Positions 59,807 to 64,000 of a DNA stretch of 64,000 nt are shown in pieces; position 1 is the first letter of the stretch, and each line of letters opens with the position of its first letter. The position numbers and the translations under genes are program-made. The stretch lies in the NCBI GenBank assembly GCA_963662465.1, contig OY759599.1:4512001-4576000 (forward strand), written 5' to 3'. The notes under the pieces are model-generated. The model was not told where the DNA came from. It did not search any database and saw only the letters and a program-made list of their open reading frames with translations. Source of the stretch: Desulfatiglandales bacterium. Its GTDB lineage: Bacteria; Desulfobacterota; DSM-4660; Desulfatiglandales; Desulfatiglandaceae.

Positions 59807-61081
59807 ATGAAAGATACCCTGGCATTCATTATGGCCGGCGGCAGGGGAGAGCGACTGATGCCCCTAACCCGGGATCGAGCCAAACCCGCTGTTCCCTTCG
59901 GCGGCATATATCGACTCATAGACTTCACTCTGACCAATTGCGTCAATTCCCAGATTTACAAGATCATCGTTCTTCCCCAGTACAAATCCCAATCCCTCAA
60001 TGAACATCTTGAAGCGGGATGGAATATTTTCTCCCATAAATTCGGCCATTTCCTGAAAATCGTCCCCCCCCAGCAGCGGACCGGGCCCGACTGGTACATG
60101 GGAACGGCCGATTCCATCCGCCAGAATATTTATCTCATAAAACAGGTTAAACCGCAGCACGTCCTGGTCCTTTCCGGTGATCATATTTACAAAATGGACT
60201 ACGGCCTTTTGCTGAAATACCATCTGGAAAAAAAGGCCCATATGACCCTTTCCCTTCTGGAGGCGGGTAAAGACCTGGCCCCTGAAATGGGGGTTGCGCA
60301 GGTGGATGATGATTTCCGAATCAGAGGGTTTCAGGAGAAACCCAAGGAAAATATCCAGACCATACCCGGCGATCCCCACCATGTGCTGGCCTCCATGGGA
60401 ATTTATCTCTTTGAAACGGAAACCCTTCTGGAGCTCCTTCAATCGAAGCTGGAGGAAGATTTCGGCAAAGGCATCATCCCTTCTTCCCTGGAAACCCATC
60501 GGGTGTACGCCTATCCTTACAACCGGTGCAACCAGATCAAAGACTACGTCCACGTCACACGGGAAGACGGCATCCGGGAAGAGAAGCTGGAACCTAAGAT
60601 GCGTGATTCTTCTTACTGGCGGGACGTGGGAACCCTGGATGCCTACTGGAATGCCAACATGGATCTCACGGGACTGGACCCCCATTTCAACCTCTATGGC
60701 CGAAAGTGGCCCATTCACACCAACCTGATCCCGGCCCCACCCGCCAAATTCGTCTTTGCCAATGAACGTCAGGATGGTTTCCGGGTCGGCAAGGCCCTCG
60801 ATTCCATCGTGGCGCCGGGGTGCATCGTCAGCGGCATTGTCCGGGATTGCGTACTGAGCTATCGTGTGGTGGTGAGAAGCTGGGCGACCGTGGATGAATC
60901 GGTCATTCTGGACAATGTGGTGGTAGGACGACATTGCCGAATCAAAAAGGCGATTATCGATAAAAACAATATCATCCCCCAAGGCCTGGAAATCGGATAT
61001 CACCCCGAAGAAGACCGCAAACGGTTTACGGTAACCCCCCGGGGGATCGTGGTGGTGCCCAAGGGGTACTTCGGCGGTTAA
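59807..61081 (+). CDS. glgC: Glucose-1-phosphate adenylyltransferase
   Basis: MAGGRGERL.PLT.DRAKPAVPFGG, GTAD, SGDHIYKMDY, YWRDVGT. Confidence 0.95.
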   Translation: MKDTLAFIMAGGRGERLMPLTRDRAKPAVPFGGIYRLIDFTLTNCVNSQIYKIIVLPQYKSQSLNEHLEAGWNIFSHKFGHFLKIVPPQQRTGPDWYMGTADSIRQNIYLIKQVKPQHVLVLSGDHIYKMDYGLLLKYHLEKKAHMTLSLLEAGKDLAPEMGVAQVDDDFRIRGFQEKPKENIQTIPGDPHHVLASMGIYLFETETLLELLQSKLEEDFGKGIIPSSLETHRVYAYPYNRCNQIKDYVHVTREDGIREEKLEPKMRDSSYWRDVGTLDAYWNANMDLTGLDPHFNLYGRKWPIHTNLIPAPPAKFVFANERQDGFRVGKALDSIVAPGCIVSGIVRDCVLSYRVVVRSWATVDESVILDNVVVGRHCRIKKAIIDKNNIIPQGLEIGYHPEEDRKRFTVTPRGIVVVPKGYFGG

Positions 61082-61181
61082 AATCGCTCCCGCCCCTCGT
61101 GGAGATTACGAATCTGCAGGCGGGCCGGCGGGACAGGACCCGTCCGACCGGACTTTTGAGAGATATAACATCGACACGCCA

Positions 61182-62822
61182 ATGGATAAGGAGTACATCA
61201 TGACCGCCTCCCTTAAAAAAAACCTTCGATTCCTCGGTTACGCAATCGTCGCATTATTGCTTTTATGGATGCCCTTTGGCGCCGGCGCCGCGGAACCGGA
61301 AGCCGCCGTCCCTTCCCCCGGCGGAGAACTGGTGGTCAGTCTCTATGCGTCCCCGCACCATTTGAACCCGGCTATTCAGTCGGGATTGGCCACGGCTTTT
61401 CCGGGCGCCCAGATCTTTGCCGGGCTGGTTCGATTCGATAACGAGTGGCATCCCCATCCCTACCTGGCTGAAAAATGGGACATCTCAAAAGACGGATTGA
61501 CGGTAACGCTTCATCTGGTGAAAAACGCCCGGTTTCATGACGGCAAACCCATTACCAGCGAGGATGTGGCCTTTTCCATCATGACCGTAAAGGCCCTGCA
61601 CCCGTTTCAGTCCATGATGGCGCCGGTTACGCGAGTGGACACGCCGGATCCCTACACAGTGGTCATTCACCTGGAAAAACCGCATCCGGCCCTTCTGCCG
61701 GCCATGTCGCCGGCCCTTCTGCCCATCCTTCCCAAGCATGTGTATGGCAGCGTGGAAAAGGTCAAAAACCATCCCGCCAATATGAAGCCCATCGGCTCCG
61801 GTCCCTTCAAGCTGGAGGCCTTTGTTCCCGGAAAGGAGATCCGGCTTGTGAAAAACACGGATTTCTTCATCAAAGGCCGTCCCTATATGGATCGCCTGAC
61901 CATCAAGATTATCCGCAATACCCTGGAAGAAGGCATGGGCATGGAAACCGGGGATATTCACATGATGGTGAGCTTTCAGGACCTGGATGAATTCAATCAC
62001 CTGCGAAGCCTGGATTACCTGACGGTGGACCGAAACGGTTTCAAGGGCATCGGACCCATTTACTGGCTGGCCTTCAACCTGCAAAAAAAACCCTTTGATG
62101 ATGTTCGGGTTCGAAAAGCCATTGCCTACACCGTTGATCGCAAATTCATTATCAACGCACTCTTTGGAGGGGAAACCCTCGTCGAAACAGGCCCCATCTC
62201 ATCGGGCAGCCCTTTCTACTCATCCGATGTCCATCTTTACGAACAGAATTTTGAAAAGGCCAATCGTTTGCTGGACAAGGCCGGATATCCCCGCGACGAT
62301 TCCGGCAAACGATTCACCTTTCACATGACCTACATTCCCGATAGAGCGGCCAGCAACCAGAAAATGCTTGGATACCTGCGCGAGATTTTACTTAGAAAGC
62401 TGGGCGTGGAAGCCATCATCGATCATCCGAAAAACTTCGTTGAATGGGCCGAAAAGGTGTCCAACTGGGACTTTGATCTCTCCCTGGATGATGTTTTTAA
62501 CTGGGGAGACCCGGTCATCGGCGTTCACCGCACCTATCTGAGCAACAATATCCGCAAAGGCACGATATGGTCCAATACCCAGGGGTACCAAAATCCCAAA
62601 GTCGACGCGCTCCTGGAACAGGCCGGTTCGGAACCTGATTTTGAAAAACGCTATGCCCTGTACCGGCAATTCCAGAAGATCATCACCGATGAGCTTCCGG
62701 TTTACCCGATCTTTCAACCCCTGTTTGCCATCGCCTGCCACAAGGACCTCGGGGGGACCAACCAAAGCATCTGGGGATTGATGTCGCCCCTGGACACGGT
62801 TTACTGGAAAAAAGGTCATTAA
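61182..62822 (+). CDS. Family 5 (peptide/nickel) extracellular solute-binding protein
   Basis: PYLAEKW, FHDGKPIT.EDV.FS, PIGSGPF, DVRVRKAI. Confidence 0.9.
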   Translation: MDKEYIMTASLKKNLRFLGYAIVALLLLWMPFGAGAAEPEAAVPSPGGELVVSLYASPHHLNPAIQSGLATAFPGAQIFAGLVRFDNEWHPHPYLAEKWDISKDGLTVTLHLVKNARFHDGKPITSEDVAFSIMTVKALHPFQSMMAPVTRVDTPDPYTVVIHLEKPHPALLPAMSPALLPILPKHVYGSVEKVKNHPANMKPIGSGPFKLEAFVPGKEIRLVKNTDFFIKGRPYMDRLTIKIIRNTLEEGMGMETGDIHMMVSFQDLDEFNHLRSLDYLTVDRNGFKGIGPIYWLAFNLQKKPFDDVRVRKAIAYTVDRKFIINALFGGETLVETGPISSGSPFYSSDVHLYEQNFEKANRLLDKAGYPRDDSGKRFTFHMTYIPDRAASNQKMLGYLREILLRKLGVEAIIDHPKNFVEWAEKVSNWDFDLSLDDVFNWGDPVIGVHRTYLSNNIRKGTIWSNTQGYQNPKVDALLEQAGSEPDFEKRYALYRQFQKIITDELPVYPIFQPLFAIACHKDLGGTNQSIWGLMSPLDTVYWKKGH

Positions 62823-64000
62823 ATGCGCGGCCTTAAAAAAAACATTTTCTCCGGAATCTCTTTCAATGTAAGCCTGGGACTCGTATTGATCATCCTGGTA
62901 GCGTTTGTTATGAGCGGCGTTTCCAAACGCTATTTTGACAAGTTCGCGGGCCTGTTTCAGACTATTTCCGCACAACAGCTCCCCCTGCTCATTAACGCCT
63001 CCAAACTGGCAAAAGAAGCCGAGGGGCTCATCTCCGCCACATCGAATCTCGTTCTGACCAAGAGTCCGCTTCTCCTTGAATCCCTGTCGTTGAACATGGC
63101 GACAAACCTACAGGAAATCCAGACCCTCATTGCCGACATAAAAGCGGCCGGGATGGATGAGACCCTGGTTTTGGCCAAACGATCTCAACAGATTTCTGAA
63201 AATATTCAGGGCCTCGTGAACCTGATCATGGCCGATATGGAACTTGACCGGCGCATCCTTCAACTCTCCATTTATATGCGGCAAACAATGGATACGCTGA
63301 TCACCGCAAAGGAACCGGAGGCTGAAACATGCCCTCGTCCCGTTCGCGAGATGTTCATTCAGACATTCAGCCTGTTGCGGGACATGCCGAACATTTCGGA
63401 CAACCAAAGGCTGGAAGAATATGAAAGCCAGATCCTTGATCTGAAAACAATGATTGATGACGCCGGCAAGCGTAAATCCCTTGAGACCGGTACTTTACGG
63501 CGCTATTACCGGATACTGGCGCGTTACGGCCTGGGAGATAAAGGGCTGCTGGTCCTGACGAAACGCCATTTGAAGCAGAAAACACGCATTCAGGACAAGC
63601 TGATCCAAAATGCATTTTTATCCGATGAACTGGTCGAACAGACCGAACGGGTATTCTTGACCATTTCCGGAACGATCCGCCGGCAAAGCCAAAAAGCGAC
63701 GGATGAGATAGAATGGATTGGAAGACTCTTCCTGGTGATTCCCGCGGTCATCCTCATGAGCGCCATACTGATTTTTCTGTTTATCCGCCATTCGGTCATC
63801 GGTCGCATTTTGACCCTTAAACAGGTGATGAAGGCCCATGTTCAGGGAAATCCCCTTCCCATTCCCAGCGATGGAAAAGACGAAATCGCCGACATGGCCC
63901 AATCCGTTGCCTATTTCGTCAAGAAACGGGATGATGATGATGCCAGTCTTCGAGAGGCCCGGGAGACGGCGGAAAAGGCCAACCAGGCCAAAAGTATATT
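62823..64000 (+). CDS. Membrane sensor histidine kinase (TorS-like), runs off the window edge
   Basis: Not in the ORF track. From ATG 62823: TM, helical periplasmic domain, TM, HAMP (DEIADMA), ending AEKANQAKSI just before the H-box. Confidence 0.8.
   Translation, partial: MRGLKKNIFSGISFNVSLGLVLIILVAFVMSGVSKRYFDKFAGLFQTISAQQLPLLINASKLAKEAEGLISATSNLVLTKSPLLLESLSLNMATNLQEIQTLIADIKAAGMDETLVLAKRSQQISENIQGLVNLIMADMELDRRILQLSIYMRQTMDTLITAKEPEAETCPRPVREMFIQTFSLLRDMPNISDNQRLEEYESQILDLKTMIDDAGKRKSLETGTLRRYYRILARYGLGDKGLLVLTKRHLKQKTRIQDKLIQNAFLSDELVEQTERVFLTISGTIRRQSQKATDEIEWIGRLFLVIPAVILMSAILIFLFIRHSVIGRILTLKQVMKAHVQGNPLPIPSDGKDEIADMAQSVAYFVKKRDDDDASLREARETAEKANQAKSI

Overview
64 kb of a GC-moderate anaerobic bacterium, with a gene repertoire typical of Desulfobacterota (Deltaproteobacteria). 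About 8-43.5 kb is an iron/metal-homeostasis island, mostly on the minus strand. It holds a DtxR/IdeR-type regulator, a DUF2325 operon, two feoAB systems, DUF4198, two OprB-like porins (one with an in-frame amber stop), flavodoxin and a Ni/Co transporter. It also holds a ferrosome (fez)-like cluster with three different P1B ATPases (one FezB-type, DYSCA/HNxxT) plus GxxxG membrane and HMA-like proteins. A palindrome AGTTAG-N6-CTAACT recurs upstream of several of these operons and also upstream of an MCP-hybrid kinase-siaABCD c-di-GMP operon. The best candidate for an undescribed system is a plus-strand three-gene cassette (10.7-13.2 kb): a diverged NifB-like radical SAM enzyme, a Tat-exported Cys-substituted ModA-fold protein and a NapH-like membrane ferredoxin, with no nif or ABC genes in the window. 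It sits between decayed copies of a triplicated methyltransferase locus. The right part holds a cobalamin riboswitch ahead of a small unknown gene and nrdDG, a type IIG R-M gene with a compositionally distinct specificity region, mazEF and housekeeping genes. No rRNA, tRNA or CRISPR array was seen. All calls come from reading motifs by eye; no database searches were run.
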